This document shows positions 26,078 to 41,090 of a stretch of DNA of 64,000 bases, one piece after another. A program made the position numbers and the translations under genes. The notes beneath the pieces are model-generated. The model had not been told where the DNA came from and ran no database searches. It saw only the letters and a program-made list of their open reading frames with translations. The number at the start of each line of letters is the position of its first letter. The stretch's first letter is position 1. Source of the DNA: Dendrobates tinctorius (Eukaryota). Location of the stretch: the NCBI RefSeq assembly GCF_039654945.1, contig NW_027361798.1, forward strand, positions 3,844,001-3,908,000, in the 5' to 3' direction.

Positions 26078-29000
26078 ATACTACTGATTACTCCATGGAG
26101 CTGTTTTCACATACCATGCTTGGATTATCAAGTGAAATGGTGAATTACCCAGGCCAAGATGAATCTGACATGGAGTGCACTGATGCACAGCCGCTGATGG
26201 ATGATTCTGCTGGTACATTCACTCAGAGCACTACATTGTCCTCGCAGTGTACAGAGCCAGATTCTGACCCTGATGAGACTCAGGTGCCCCTTCCCGCACA
26301 CTATACCACCATACACGGTGACACAGAGGAAGGTGCACATGACATTGAAGAGGAGGTGATGGATGACCCAGTTGTTGACCCAGATTGGCATCCATTGGGG
26401 GAAGAGGGTGCCGCTGCCAATAGCTCAGAAGAGGAGGAGGAGCATCCGCCGCAGACATCAACATCGCAACAGCTGTTATCTGGCAGGCCCGGAGCACTCC
26501 AAAGACAGGTTCCAAAAAACCGAAAAGTTGCTTGACTGCTTGGCCAGACGGTCAAAATAGCACAGCGTGCAAGGACGCAAAATGTCTTCCATAGTAGAAA
26601 GAGTGCAGTGTGGCACTTTTTTGAACAAAATCCTCATGATCAGGCCAAGGTTATCTGTAAGAAGTGCGCAAAGACCTTTAGCCGAGGGAAAAATCTGAAA
26701 AATTTGAATACCAGTTGCATGCTTAAACATTTAACCACCATGCACTTGCAAGCGTGGACACAACACCAAACCTCAAGTACCTCATGTGCAACTGATCACA
26801 ACGAAGGTAGTCAGCAACGCTACATTGTTTCCCCCACTGTAAGCCCACCGGTTAGCACAGCAGCAAATGTTGAGGTGTTGATGCAAGGCCACAGCAGTCA
26901 GGGAATTCCACTGTTATATCGACGAAAGACTGAATCTAGGACATCAGAAAGAACACCAACTCCATCACCATCATCAACCCTCTCTCAGTCCGCCCTGTCC
27001 ACCGCTACTTCCACCATATGCAGCTCTCAAGTCCAGCTCACCCTCCCAGACACTATGAGTAGGTCAAGAAAGTACTCAGTCTCTCATCCACGTACACTGG
27101 GTTTGAACGCCCACATTGCCAAACTAATCTCGTTTGAGATGATGCCCTTTCGGTTGGTGGAAAGCGCAGCTTTCCGCGAACTCATGGCCTATGCAGTACC
27201 ACGCTATGACCTACCCAGTCGCCACTTCTTCTCTCGCAAAGCCATCCCAGCCCTCCACCATCATGTGAAAGACCGCATTGTCCATGCACTCAAGCAGTCA
27301 GTGAGCGGAAAGGTGCACCTCACAACTGATGCATGGTCCAGTCGGCATGGCCAGGGCCGTTACGTGTCCATCACTGCGCACTGGGTTAATGTGGTGGATG
27401 CAGGGTCCACAGGGGACAGCGGTGGTGGGACAGTGCTGCCTAGCCCACGGTATAGGAAACAGTTGGCTGTAGGCGTTCGACCCTCCTCCTCCTCCTCCAG
27501 AAGCGAAAGCTCGTCCACAGAGCGCAGTCGTACGAGCACTCCATCTGCAGCTGCCACTGTTGCACACGATGTGTCCCCCTATCGAGCAGCTAGTGGAAAG
27601 CGTCAGCAGGCTGTGTTGCAGATGATGTGTTTGGGCGACAGACACACCGCCGAGGTGTTGGCCGAGTACTTTCAGCGACAAACTGAGTCATGGCTGGGCA
27701 GTGTACATCTTGAGGCAGGCAAGGTAGTTAGTGATAACGGCCGTAATTTTGTGGCAGCCATAGCCCTTTCAAAACTCAGACACATACCTTGCTTGGCTCA
27801 CACCTTGAACCTGGTGGTGCAGTGCTTCCTCAAAAATTATCCGGAGTTAACAGCCCTGCTCCAGAAGGTACGAAGACTGTGCGCGCACATCCGCCGGTCG
27901 CCTGTACACTCCGTTCGTATGCAGAAGCTGCAGCGATTGCTCCACCTTCCCAACCACCGCCTCATTATCGACATTGCAACAAGGTGGAACTCCACCCTGC
28001 ACATGGTGGAGCGGCTGTGCGAGCAGAGGCAGGCCATAATGCATTTGTGGGAGGATACACGGCCAGGCACTTTGAGAGCAGACATGGAGTTGACCGGTGT
28101 GCAGTGGTCGAAGCTGAAAGACCTCTGTAAAGTCCTTCAGTGTTTTGAGGAATGCACACGGCTGGTAAGCGCAGACGACGCCATCCTACGCATGAGCATC
28201 CCACTTATGCGTCTGCTCATGCAAACTTTGACGCACCTTAAGGAGCAGGCGTCTGCAGCCAATGTTGATGAGGAGGAAGAGGAGGAGGGAATCCTTGATG
28301 ACATTCAGCCATTGTCTGCTCAGGGACCTCTCCTGGACGAGGTGGAGGAAGAAGAGGAGGAGGAGGATGATGATGGGGATGATTACTTAGGGGAGGAGGA
28401 TGCATCTCGTGGGGCAAGTGAAAATGTTGGCGTGGCAAGGTCTGGTACAGGGCTTGTGCGTGACTGGAGGGATGTGGATTTGCCAGAAAGTGCTCCTCCA
28501 ACCAGCACTCGCAGTGCATCATTGACACCGGGAACACTGGCCCACATGTCAGATTATGCCTTGCAGATCCTAAAAAGGGACCCCCGCATTGCCAAAATGA
28601 TGAACGATGACGACTACTGGTTGGCCAGCATCCTGGATCCACGCTATAAAGGCAAATTACAAAACATCACGCCACAGGAGAACCTTGACCTAATATTGGC
28701 TAATCATAGAATCATAGAATCGTAGAGTTGGAAGGGACCTCCTGGGCCATCTGGTCCATCCCCCTGCTCAAAGCAGGATTCGCTAAATCATCCCAGTCAG
28801 ATGTTTGTCCAGCCTCTGTTTGAAGACTTCCATTGAAGGAGAACTCACCACTTCTCGTGGCAGCTTGTTCCACTCATTGATCACTCTAACTGTCAAAAAG
28901 TTTTTTCTAATATCTAATCTGTGTCTCCTCCCATTCAGTTTCATCCCATTGCTTCTAGTCTTTCCTTGTGCAAATGAGAATAAAGTTGATCCTTCTACAA

Positions 29001-29952
29001 TGTGACAGCCCTTTAGATATTTGTAGACAGCTATTAAGTCTCCTCTCAGTCTTCTCTTTTGCAAACTAAACATTCCCAAATCCTGCAACCTTTCCTCATA
29101 AGACAGGGTTTGCAGACCGGTCACCATTCTGGTCGCTCTTTTCTGAACTTGCTCCAGTTTGTTGATGTCTTTTTTAAAATGTGGCGCCCAAAACTGGACA
29201 CAATATTCCAGATGAGGTCTGACCAAAGAGGAGTAGAGGGAAATAATGACTTCACGTGATCTAGACTGTATGCTTCTGTTAATGCATCCTAGAATTGCAT
29301 TTGCCTTTTTTGCTGCTGCATCACACTGTTGACTCATATTCAGTCTGTGATCTATTAGTATACCCAAGTCTTTTTCACATGTGCTGTCACTTAGCCCTAT
29401 TCCTCCCATTCTATATATGCAACTCTGGTAGATCGGTTGCTTGAGGCTTTCCCAGCACACAGCAGCGGTGATGGTTCTCACACGAGCCGTACAGGCCAGG
29501 GTCAGCTTGGCAGAGGTGTTCGTGGTGCACACAGCAGAAGTGGCGTTGGAGACAGGGGTTTCATGACAATGTTGTGGACTGATTTTTCAAGTACCGCTCA
29601 CACAACTGGTAATACTGCATCGATGGAAAGTGACAGGAGACAGCAGTTGTCAACTATGGTTACAAACTACTTTTCCTCCCATATCGATGTTCTCCCACAC
29701 AGGTCATTCCCCTTTGACTATTGGGCCGCTAAACTGGACACCTGGCCTGAATTGGCACAATATGCCTTACAGGAGCTCGCTTGCCCAGCTGCAAGTGTGC
29801 TATCGGAAAGAGTCTTCAGTGCAGCTGCATCAATCCTGACAGAAAAAAGGACCCGTCTGTCAACCCAAAATGTGGATGATCTAACCTTCATTAAAATGAA
29901 CCACGCATGGGTTTCCAAGGATTTTGTCCCACCTTCCCCTGATGACACATAG
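26078..29952 (+). pseudogene. hAT transposase with BED zinc finger; stop at 26533 and CR1 insertion
   Basis: WHFF..CKKC..HLTTMH BED finger, DDE motifs, C-terminal dimerisation domain. Confidence 0.92.
28702..29420 (-). mobile_element. CR1 LINE 3' fragment
   Basis: Near-identical to 18415-19132, including the tail. Confidence 0.95.
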
Positions 29953-30372
29953 GGTGACAGAAAAATGGCTTGCTTTGGTCCAGCTCTTCCTGGGACTTGA
30001 CCTATTTCACCTTTTGCATCAGCTGAATGTCCAACATCAACATATGCCACTTTCTAAAACTCCCTAACTGTGCTGCCTCCTCCCCCCATGGCCGGGGTCA
30101 CCACCTAGCGCACGACACCGTGCGAGTGCCGTTGCCCTGGACAGGTGGGTAGGCCGACTCTTGGGCGCGGGCACTGGCACAGGGTCCCTCATAGTGCAAT
30201 CAAGTGTCTCTGACGGTGGTGGTGCACACCCGCCGTCAGACACACCGCCGTACTATGAGGGGCCCAGTGCCAGTACCGACGTCCACGAGTGGGCCCCCCT
30301 TGCTTGGGCAGGGCCCCAGCATTTGCAATCTTTACCTCTCCCTGCTCCTCCACTGTGTAGTCTGGGCCGTCA

Positions 30373-31478
30373 AATCCATACTGGGCCTAACACCTTCTGA
30401 GCCTGCCTCCTGATGTATAGACATATATTTTGAATGTGTACGCTATCTATACATGTTATCCGGGGATACGGTACCCTTTCTCACCTTTGTGCAATCACTT
30501 GCAATCCATACTGGGCCTAACACCATCTGAGCCTGCCTCCTGATGTATAGACATATATTTTGAATGTGTACGCTATCCATACATGTTATCTGGGGATACG
30601 GAACCCTTTCTCACCTTTGTGCAATCACGTGCAATCCATACTGGGCCTGACACCGTCTGAGCCTGCCTCCTGATGTATAGACATATATTTTGAATGTGTA
30701 CGCTATCCATACATGTTATCTGGGGATACGGTACCCTTTCTAACCTTTGTGCAATCACGTGCAATCCATACTGGGCCTGACACCGTCTGAGCCTGCCTCC
30801 TGATGTATTGACATATATTTTGAATGTGTACGCTATCAATACATGTTATCCGGGGATACGGAACCCTTTCTCACCTTTGTGCAATCACGTGCAATCCATA
30901 CTGGGCCTGACACCGTCTGAGCCTGCCTCCTGATGTATAGACATATATTTTGAATGTGTACGCTATCCATACATGTTATCTGGGGATACGGTACCCTTTC
31001 TAACCTTTGTACAATCACGTGCAATCCATACTGGGCCTGACACCGTCTGAGCCTGCCTCCTGATGTATTGACATATATTTTGAATGTGTACGCTATCAAT
31101 ACATGTTATCCGGGGATACGGTACCCTTTCTCACCTTTGTGCAATCACGTGCAATCCATACTGGGCCTAACACCGTCTGAGCCTGCCTCCTGATGTATAG
31201 ACATATATTTTGAATGTGTACGCTATCCATACATGTTATCTGGGGATACGGAACCCTTTCTCACCTTTGTGCAATCACGTGCAATCCATACTGGGCCTAA
31301 CACCGTCTGAGCCTGCCTCCTGATGTATAGACATATATTTTGAATGTGTACGCTATCCATACATGTTATCTGGGGATGCGGTACCCTTTCTCACCTTTGT
31401 GCAATCACGTGCAATCCATACTGGGCCTAACACCGTCTGAGCCTGCCTCCTGATGTATAGACATATATTTTGAATGTG
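30373..31478. repeat. 130-bp tandem array (about 8.5 units) of hAT-A copy 2
   Basis: Reverse-complement variant of the 124-bp unit with a 6-bp TGTATA insertion. Confidence 0.95.
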
Positions 31479-32282
31479 TTTTGAATGTGATCAAACAGCA
31501 AATATATTTAACTGTTTGAAAGCTAGACAAAACTAGTAGGTGCAGGTCTGTAAGAACGGAACATGTCCTCCACTTATTCTCACAGAGTGACACACAGATA
31601 GCTTCACTGTGGCTGTGATAACAGCCGTTACACGGTACTGTGTGAGGAGCGTACACTGCTGTATGGTGTGAAAAAATGCACGCTCAGCACCTCAGCAGGA
31701 CAAAAAAAAAAATTGGGATTGCTTTTAAAAAAGCAGTTTGCGGAGCAGTGGGTAAACAGCAATGCAGCTGTCAGGAAGCCTTAGAAGGCAGCCTAACAAC
31801 CAACACCGCTCATCCACCACAATATAGCCTCCCCTTCCACTGCACACACAGTGACTGGTGTGTTGTACATGCAAAATCGCTAGCAGCAGAAGCAGTTTTT
31901 TGGTCTTCTTCCCTGCCTAACGCTCTCCCTACAGAATCAGCAGCAACCTCTCCCTATACAAAGATCGGCAGAAGTAAGATGGCGGTCGGCGTGCACGCCC
32001 TTTTATACCCCCTGTGACGCCCACCAAAGCAAGCCAATCACTTGCATGCCCTTCTGAAAGATGGTGGTGACCCGTGCCTATGTCATCACGTTGCCCACAG
32101 TGTCCGTGGATCCTGATTGGCTGAAATAGAGCGCAAAACAAACTTTTGAAACGCGACTTTGGCGCGTAAGTCGCCGAACTCGTGGCCGACCTCATCCTAG
32201 GGTCGGGTTTCGTTTCATGAAACCCGACTTTGCCAAAAGTCCGGGACTTTTGAATTTTTTCAACCCGTTTCGCTCAACTCTA
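31479..32282 (-). mobile_element. Orphan 5' end of a hAT-A-like element (TIR, promoter)
   Basis: TCGCTCAACTCTA ends at 32282; 31715-32123 is the reverse complement of 36373-36780. Confidence 0.85.
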
Positions 32283-32659
32283 GTCAGCACTATGTTGGAT
32301 TCTTGACTATTCGGGGCTGTATAGCAGTATAGAGGGCGCTTACGGCACTTTATGGAGATATACATGACTATATGGAGGTAATCGGCATTATAGTGAGGGT
32401 ATTCAACCTTATCTATAGATTATACAGATTTTTCTGGAATCCTTGCAGCATTATATGAGTATTCAGCACTAGATGGCAGTATACAGCATATGTGGCCTCT
32501 GTAGTGCTGTATACCGCCCAGTATGGAGTCAGCTGAGGATAAACGGGAATTCCACACTACCTGGTGCTGCGGCCACTGGAGACAATCAGCGCTGGGATCT
32601 CCCAATATGTACGCCGCCTGGAGTCACTGAGAATACATCCAGTAACACCGACTATGAAC

Positions 32660-33609
32660 CTGCACTAATAGAGGATTATACCCACTGTGCCAAGCACTAA
32701 TAGAGGATTATACCCGCTGTGCCAGGCACTAATAGAGGATTATACCCACTGTGCCTCCAAGCACTAATAGAGGATTATACCCACTGTGCCAAGCACTAAT
32801 AGAGGATTATACCCACTGTGCAAGGCACTAAAAGAGGATTATACCCACTGTGCCAAGCACTAATAGAGGATTATACCCACTGTGCCAGGCACTAATAGAG
32901 GATTATACCCACTGTGCCAAGCACTAATAGAGGATTATACCCACTGTGCCAAGCACTAATAGATGATTATACCCACTGTGCCAAGCACTAATAGAGGATT
33001 ATACCCACTGTGCCTCCAAGCACTAATAGAGGATTATGTCCACTGTGCCAAGCACTAATAGAGGATTATACCCAATGTGCCAGGCACTAATAGGGGATTA
33101 TACCCACTGTGCCAAGCACTAATAGATGATTATACCCACTGTGCCAAGCACTAATAGGGGATTATACGCACTGTGCCAAGCACTAATAGAGGTTTATACC
33201 CACTGTGCCAAGCACTAATAGAGGTTTATACCCACTGTGCCAAGCACTAATAGAGGGTTATACCCACTGGTCCTCCAAGCACTAATAGAGGATTATACCC
33301 ACTGTGCCTCCAAGCACTAATAAAGGATTATACCCACTGTGCCAGGCATTAAGAGGATTATACCCCCTGTGCCAAACACTAATAGAGGATTATACCCACT
33401 ATGCCAAGCACTAATAGAGGATTATACCCACTGTGCCAAGCACTAATAGAGGTTTATACCCACTGTGCCAAGCACTAATAGAGGTTTATACCCACTGTGC
33501 CAAGCACTAATAGAGGTTTATACCCACTGTGCCAAGCACTAATAGAGGATTATACCCACTGTGCCAGGCACTAATAGAGGATTATACCCACTATGCCAGG
33601 CACTAATAG
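32660..33609. repeat. 32-bp minisatellite (GCACTAATAGAGGATTATACCCACTGTGCCAA), about 29 units upstream of H4
   Basis: Direct periodicity. Confidence 0.97.
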
Positions 33610-33729
33610 CTCTCCGGTCAGGTGGAGGCGTCTGACTGATGATGATCTCCCAGAGATTGATTTATTTCCAGGCCGGAATCTCACATTGTCAGTAATTTCT
33701 CGTTCCTCCAGCGGCGCTGACAGGACGAG

Positions 33730-33920
33730 GTTTGCGGAATTTTCTTGTTAGCATAATACAGAGAAGCGGGAAATTCACATCACCAACTGTCCTGTGCTCA
33801 GCCAATCAGCGAGAAAGGGGAGGGGCTGAAAATGCCAATTCAGGAAAACAAACATCTCCGGTACGCGTCATCACTGTGCAGTTCTCACTCCGGTCCGCCT
33901 AGCCTCCATATAAAGGAGGA
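33730..33920 (+). promoter_or_regulatory. Histone H4 promoter
   Basis: GCGGGAAA (33766), CCAAT (33802), H4-type GGTCCG element (about 33891), TATAAA (about 33909). Confidence 0.85.
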
Positions 33921-33960
33921 CTCAACGCTGACCCCTCACAGTCGTCTGAAGATTTCCTGA

Positions 33961-34275
<315 letters not shown>

Positions 34276-34307
34276 TTGTATTCTCGTCTCTGTCCTGACA
34301 ACCCAAA

Positions 34308-34323
34308 GGCTCTTCTCAGAGCC
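34308..34323 (+). terminator. Histone 3' stem-loop of H4 copy 2
   Basis: CCCAAA-GGCTCTTCTCAGAGCC-GCCCA. Confidence 0.95.
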
Positions 34324-35845
34324 GCCCACATCTCACGTGAGAGGCTGCAATTCCCGCTGGGGTCTAGCGGTCGCTGCTGGTGTGATCGCCGGGACCGGCT
34401 TGTGACGTTGAGCAGTGGGGGGAGACGTTCTCTCTTCTGGAGCTGATCCAGTGAGTAGTCTCAGTGTGAGGTGGGGCACAGATGATCCGGGTGTATGGGG
34501 GAATCGATCGGCCGCACAGTCCCCTATGATGCTGCAGTTACTACAGAGCAGAAATCCGAGTGCTGGTAATAAATGTGGTTGTGCCACGTCTCCTGCTGCT
34601 GAGATCCTGTGGGTTGTAGGATGGCTGCGAGGAGTGGAATGCGGCTGCACTGATGAATGGACGCCGGTGTGAACGCTCCTGAGCAGCGGCTCAGGATTGG
34701 GGTATCAACAGGATACCTACATGCGATGAGAGGGGCTGTCTGTGTTTCTGCGCCACCACATGGGCAGGGAGGGACGGTGCAGGAATACAGGGTCGCTCTG
34801 CCTGTGATCAGGAGAACATCTGCCCACATCACACTTTGCACCAATCACCGGATCTAAATCCCGGAGCAAAGTATCATATACAGGAATATACCCACTGTGC
34901 CAACTGCTAATAGCAGGAATTATATCCACTGAGTCACCCACTAGAGAGATATATAGAGGATTATACCCACTGCTCTGTCACCAGGTCCCAACTCTACAGT
35001 AACGTCATCCGAGATGTGTGGAAAGGAATCAATGACCCCAACTATGGAACCACAGCTCTGCCCCTAGTGCCGGCGCCTCCAACAGAGACCAGGAGGAGGT
35101 CGCTGCTCTCTATGGAGCTGCCCCGGGCTCAGCGGGTCCCTGTGATCTCGGGACTCGATGTCGCAGCCCGGGCGGCTCTCTTCCTCCGGACACACTGCGG
35201 TCCTGGCTGCGGCCTCCTCTCTCGGTGCTGCCCGTCTTCAGCCCCTGGAGCTCGCACCGCTGTTTGCACTTTCCGATCTATTCTGGGGTTGAGCCTTGTA
35301 ACAGGGTGTATGGGCGCTATATCCGGACACAGACCCCTCTGTGCACAGTACAGAGCTCGGAGTGCTGCTGTGAGATGAAGGGAAGGTAACGGCGGCGGCC
35401 GATCAGGGGAGCGATCAGCAGCTCCGGGGAGCAGGACTCTGAGCTCTGCGGGTGCAGCTGCCCCAGACCGGACGGCTCACGTCACAGCGATCTCCGCTAC
35501 TAAGCAGAGGGGAATAATCCGAAGGACAGGAAAGGGATTGAGCGGGAAATTCAAAACCATCAACGGGTCTGTGATCAGCCAATGAGAGAAGTTCGCAGGC
35601 GCGACCAATCCCAGAGCCAGGTATGGACTCCTCCGGTTAACTCCTTAGTGACCGTGCGCTGCTCAATTCCCCCTTCTGTATGAGGCTGCATGGAAGCAGG
35701 AACAGAACCGCTGGATCTACCGATAACGGAACCGGCCAGAATAACGGCCCTCAGACAACTGTGGACAAAGCAGCCCAGATATTACCGAACCAGGAGGAAG
35801 GAAGGAGAAATGGCAGGAAGGAGCTCATCTGTGGGAGGATTTGGT

Positions 35846-35861
35846 GGCTCTGAGAAGAGCC
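35846..35861 (-). terminator. Histone 3' stem-loop of H3 copy 2
   Basis: Reverse complement reads GGCTCTTCTCAGAGCC. Confidence 0.95.
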
Positions 35862-35890
35862 TTTGTGTTGTGGTCGGTGCTCGGGAAGAT

Positions 35891-36500
<610 letters not shown>

Positions 36501-37131
36501 TGCACGCCGACCGCCATTTTACTTCTGCCGATCTTAGTATAGGGAGAGGTTACTGCTGATTCTGTAGGGAGAGCGTTAGGCAGGGAAGAAGACCAAAAAA
36601 CTGCTTCTGCTGCTAGCAATTTGGCCTGCACAACACACCAGTCACTGTGTGTGCAGTGCAAGGGGAGGCTATATTGTGGTTTATCAGTGGTGTTGGTTGT
36701 TGGGCTGCCTTTTAAGGCTTCCTGACGGCTGCATTGCTGTTTACCCACTGCTCCGCAAACTGCTTTTTTAAAAGCAATCCAATCTCCCTTATCCTCTCGT
36801 CACTTTGGTCACAGGCAGCTGTGCCATCGAGCGTGTCACATAGCGCTCAGATATTCATTGGGCCTCACACAATCCACAAGTGTCCAGTGTCCAAAAGTGT
36901 GCGCAGAGATTCAAAATCTCCATTATCCTCTCGTCACTTTGGTCACAGGCAGCTGTGCCATCGAGCGTGTCACATAGCGCTCAGATATCAGTGGGCCGCA
37001 CACAATCCACAAGTGTCCACTGTCCACAAGTGTGTGCAGAAATTCTAAAACTCCCCTGTCCTATAGACACCTTGTACCTTGTTTTACATTACTATATAGT
37101 TTGTTGGATTTTGTCTACATTTCTACCAAAA

Positions 37132-40100
37132 ATGAGGAAGGTTGGTGGAAGAGGCCGTGGAATTGGGCGGGGGTTGGCAGCTGGTAATGAGGGTGTTGGT
37201 GGTGGATCTGCTGATGGTAGTGGCAAGAGCAAAATAGGACCGAATGCAGGAGGTGCTGACCCTGCGTCATCGTCTGGCTACATAAGGACTCGAACGCTTA
37301 GTTTTCTAGGAGTTGGCAAACCGCTTTTAAAGGCAGAGCATCAGGAAAAAGTTTTGTCTTACATTGCTGACTCAGCCTCCAGCTCTATCGCCTCCTCTTC
37401 TTCAGTTGTAAAAAGTAAAAGCACTGAGTCGTCATTGGAGGCTCATGTTCATGAACCACACCTTTCCTTGTGTCCTTCACCCCAACCAAGATTGAAGGAT
37501 GACGCAGGCCATACTACTGATTACTCCATGGAGCTGTTTTCACATACCATGCCTGGATTATCAAGTCAAATGGTGAATTACCCAGGCCAAGATGAATCTG
37601 ACATGGAGTGCACTGATGCACAGCCGCTGATGGATGATTCTGCTGGTACATTCACTCAGAGCACTACATTGTCCTCGCAGTGTACAGAGCCAGATTTTGA
37701 CCCTGATGAGACTCAGGTGCCCCTTCCCGCACACTATACCACCATACACGGTGACACAGAGAAAGGTGCACATGACATAGAAGAGGAGGTGATGGATGAC
37801 CCAGTTGTTGACCCAGATTGGCATCCATTGGGGGAAGAGGGTGCTGCTTCCAATAGCTCAGATGAGGAGCATCAACAGCAGACATCGACATCGCAACAGC
37901 TGTTATCTGGCAGGCCCGGAGCACTCCAAAGACAGGTTCCAAACATCAAAAGAGTTGCTGGACAGCTTGTCCAGAGGGTCAAAAGATCACAGCGTGCTAG
38001 GCCGCAAAATGTCTGCCAAAGTAGGAAGAGTGCAGTGTGGCACTTTTTTGAACAAAATCCTCATGATCAGGCCAAGGTTATCTGTAAGAAGTGCGCAAAG
38101 ACCTTTAGCCGAGGGAAAAATCTGAAAAATTTGAATACCAGTTGCATGCTTAGACATTTAACCAGCATGCACTTGCAAGCGTGGACACAACACCAAACCT
38201 CAAGTGCCACATGTGCAACTGATCACAACAAAGGTAGTCAGCAACGCTACATTGTTTCCCCCACTGTAAGCACACCGGTTAGCACAGCAGCAAATGTTGA
38301 GGTGTCGTTGCAAGGCCACAGCAGTCAGGGAATCCCACTGTTATATCAACGAAAGACTGATTCTAGGCCATCAGAAAGAACAACATCTCCATCACCATCA
38401 TCAACCCTCTCTCAGTCCGCCCTGTCCACCGCTACTTCCACCATATGCAGCTCTCAAGTCCAGCTCACCCTACCAGACACTATGAGTAGGTCAAGAAAGT
38501 ACTCAGTCTCTCATCCGCGTACACTGGGTTTGAACGCCCACATTGCCAAACTAATCTCGTTTGAGATGATGCCCTTTCGGTTGGTGGAAAGCACAGCTTT
38601 CCGCGAACTCATGGCCTATGCAGTACCGCGCTATGACCTACCCAGTCGCCACTTCTTCTCTCGCAAAGCCATCCCAGCCCTCCACCATCATGTGAAAGAC
38701 CGCATTGTCCATGCACTCAAGCAGTCAGTGAGCGGAAAGGTGCACCTCACAACTGATGCATGGTAAAGTCGGCATGGCCAGGGCCGTTACGTGTCCATCA
38801 CTGCGCACTGGGTTAATGTGGTGGATGCAGGGTCCACAGGGGACAGCGGTGGTGGGACAGTGCTGCCTAGCCCACGGTATAGGAAACAGTTGGCTGTAGG
38901 CGTTCGACCCTCCTCCTCCTCCTCCTCCAGAAGTGACAGCTCGTCCACAGAGCGCAGTCGTACAAGCACTCCATCTGTAGCTGCCACTGTTGCACACGAG
39001 GTGTCCCCTTATCGAGCAGCTAGTGTAAAGCGTCAGCAGGCTGTGTTGCAGATGATGTGTTTGGGCGACAGACACACCGCCGAGGTGCTGGCCGAGTACT
39101 TGAAGCGACAAACTGAGTCATGGCTGGGCAGTGTACATCTTGAGGCAGGCAAGGTAGTTAGTGATAACGGCCGTAATTTTGTGGCAGCCATAGCCCTTTC
39201 AAAACTCAGCCACATACCTTGCTTGGCTCACACCTTGAACCTGGTGGTGCAGTGCTTCCTCAAAAATTATCCGGAGTTAACAGCCCTGCTCCAGAAGGTG
39301 CGAAGACTGTGCGCGCACATCCGCCGGTCGCCTGTACACTCCGTTCGTATGCAGAAGCTGCAGCGATTGCTCCACCTTCCCAACCACCGCCTCATTATCG
39401 ACATTGCAACAAGGTGGAACTCCACCCTGCACATGGTGGAGCGGCTGTGCGAGCAGAGGCAGGCCATAATGCATTTGTGGGAGGATACACGGCCAGGCAC
39501 TTTGAGAGCAGACATGGAGTTGACAGGCGTGCAGTGGTCGAAGCTGAAAGACCTTTGTAAAGTCCTTCAGTGTTTTGAGGAATGCACACGGCTGGTAAGC
39601 GCAGACGACGCCATCCTAAGCATGAGCATCCCACTTATGCGTCTGCTCATGCAAACTTTGACGCACCTTAAGGAGCAGGCGTCTGCAGCCAATGTTGATG
39701 AGGAGGAAGAGGAGGAGGGAATTCTTGATGACATTCAGCCATTGTCTGCTCAGGGACCTCTCCTGGACGAGGTGGAGGAAGAAGAGGAGGAGGAGGATGA
39801 TGGGGATGATTACTTAGGAGAGGAGGATGCATCTCGTGGGGCAAGTGAAAATGTTGGCGTGGCAAGGTCAGGTACAGGGTTTGTGCGTGACTGGAGGGAT
39901 GTGGATTTGCCAGAAAGTGTTCCTCCACCCAGCACTCGCAGTGCATCATTGACACCGGGAACATTGGCCCACATGTCAGATTATGCCTTGCGGATCCTAA
40001 AAAGGGACCCCCGCATTGCCAAAATGATGAACGATGACGACTACTGGTTGGCCAGCATCCTGGATCCACGCTATAAAGGCAAATTACAAAACATCATGCC

Positions 40101-40671
40101 ACAGGAGAACCTTGACCTAATATTGGCTAATAAACAAGCAACTCTGGTAAATCGGTTGCTTGAGGCATTCCCAGCACACAGCAGCGGTGATGGTTCTCAC
40201 ACGAGCCGTACGGGCCGGGGGCAGCTTGGCAGAGGTGTTCGTGGTGCACACAGCAGAAGTGGCGTTGGAGACAGGGGTTTCATGACAATGTTGTGGACTG
40301 ATTTTTCAAATACCGCTCACACAACTGGTAATACTGCATCGATGGAAAGTGACAGGAGACAGCAGTTGTCAACTATGGTTACAAACTACTTTTCCTCCCA
40401 TATCGATGTTCTCCCACACAGGTCATTCCCCTTTGATTATTGGGCCGCTAAACTGGACACCTGGCCTGAATTGGCACAATATGCCTTACAGGAGCTCGCT
40501 TGCCCAGCTGCAAGTGTGCTATCGGAAAGAGTCTTCAGTGCAGCTGGATCAATCCTAACAGAAAAAAGGACCCGTCTGTCAACCCAAAATGTGGATGATC
40601 TAACCTTCATTAAAATGAACCACGCATGGGTTTCCAAGGATTTTGTCCCACCTTCCCCTGATGACACATAG
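37132..40671 (+). pseudogene. Full-length ZBED-like hAT transposase (about 1179 codons) with one premature stop at 38764-38766
   Basis: ORFs 36880-38766 and 38791-40671 are in the same frame; TAA replaces the TCC seen in the other copies. Confidence 0.93.
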
Positions 40672-41090
40672 GGTGACAGAAAAATGGCTTGCTTTGGTCC
40701 ACCTCTTCCTGGTACTTCACCTATTTCGCCTTTTGCATCAGTTGAATTTCCAACATAAACATATGCCACTTTCTAAAACTCCCTAACTGTGCTGCCTCCC
40801 CCCCCATGGCCGGGGTCACCACCTAGCGCACGACACCGTGCGAGTGCCGTTGCCCTGGACAGGTGGGTAGGCCGACTCTTGGGCGCGGGCACTGGCACAG
40901 GGTCCCTCATAGTGCAATCAAGTGTCTCTGACGGTGGTGGTGCACACCCGCCGTCAGACACACCGCTGTACTATGAGGGGCCCAGTGCCAGTACCGACGC
41001 CCACGAGTGGGCCCCCCTTGCTGGGCCAGGGCCCCAGCATTTGCAATTTTTACCTCTCCCTGCTCCTCCGCTGTGTAATCTGGGCCGTCA

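Larger units (their letters stand above)
26078..31478 (+). mobile_element. hAT family A, copy 2 (internal fragment, both native ends missing)
   Basis: Colinear with 37511-42000 of copy 3. Confidence 0.92.

Noticed and set aside
32660-33609. CRISPR-like array (32-bp repeats)
   Set aside because: Head-to-tail units without unique spacers, no cas genes, eukaryotic context.
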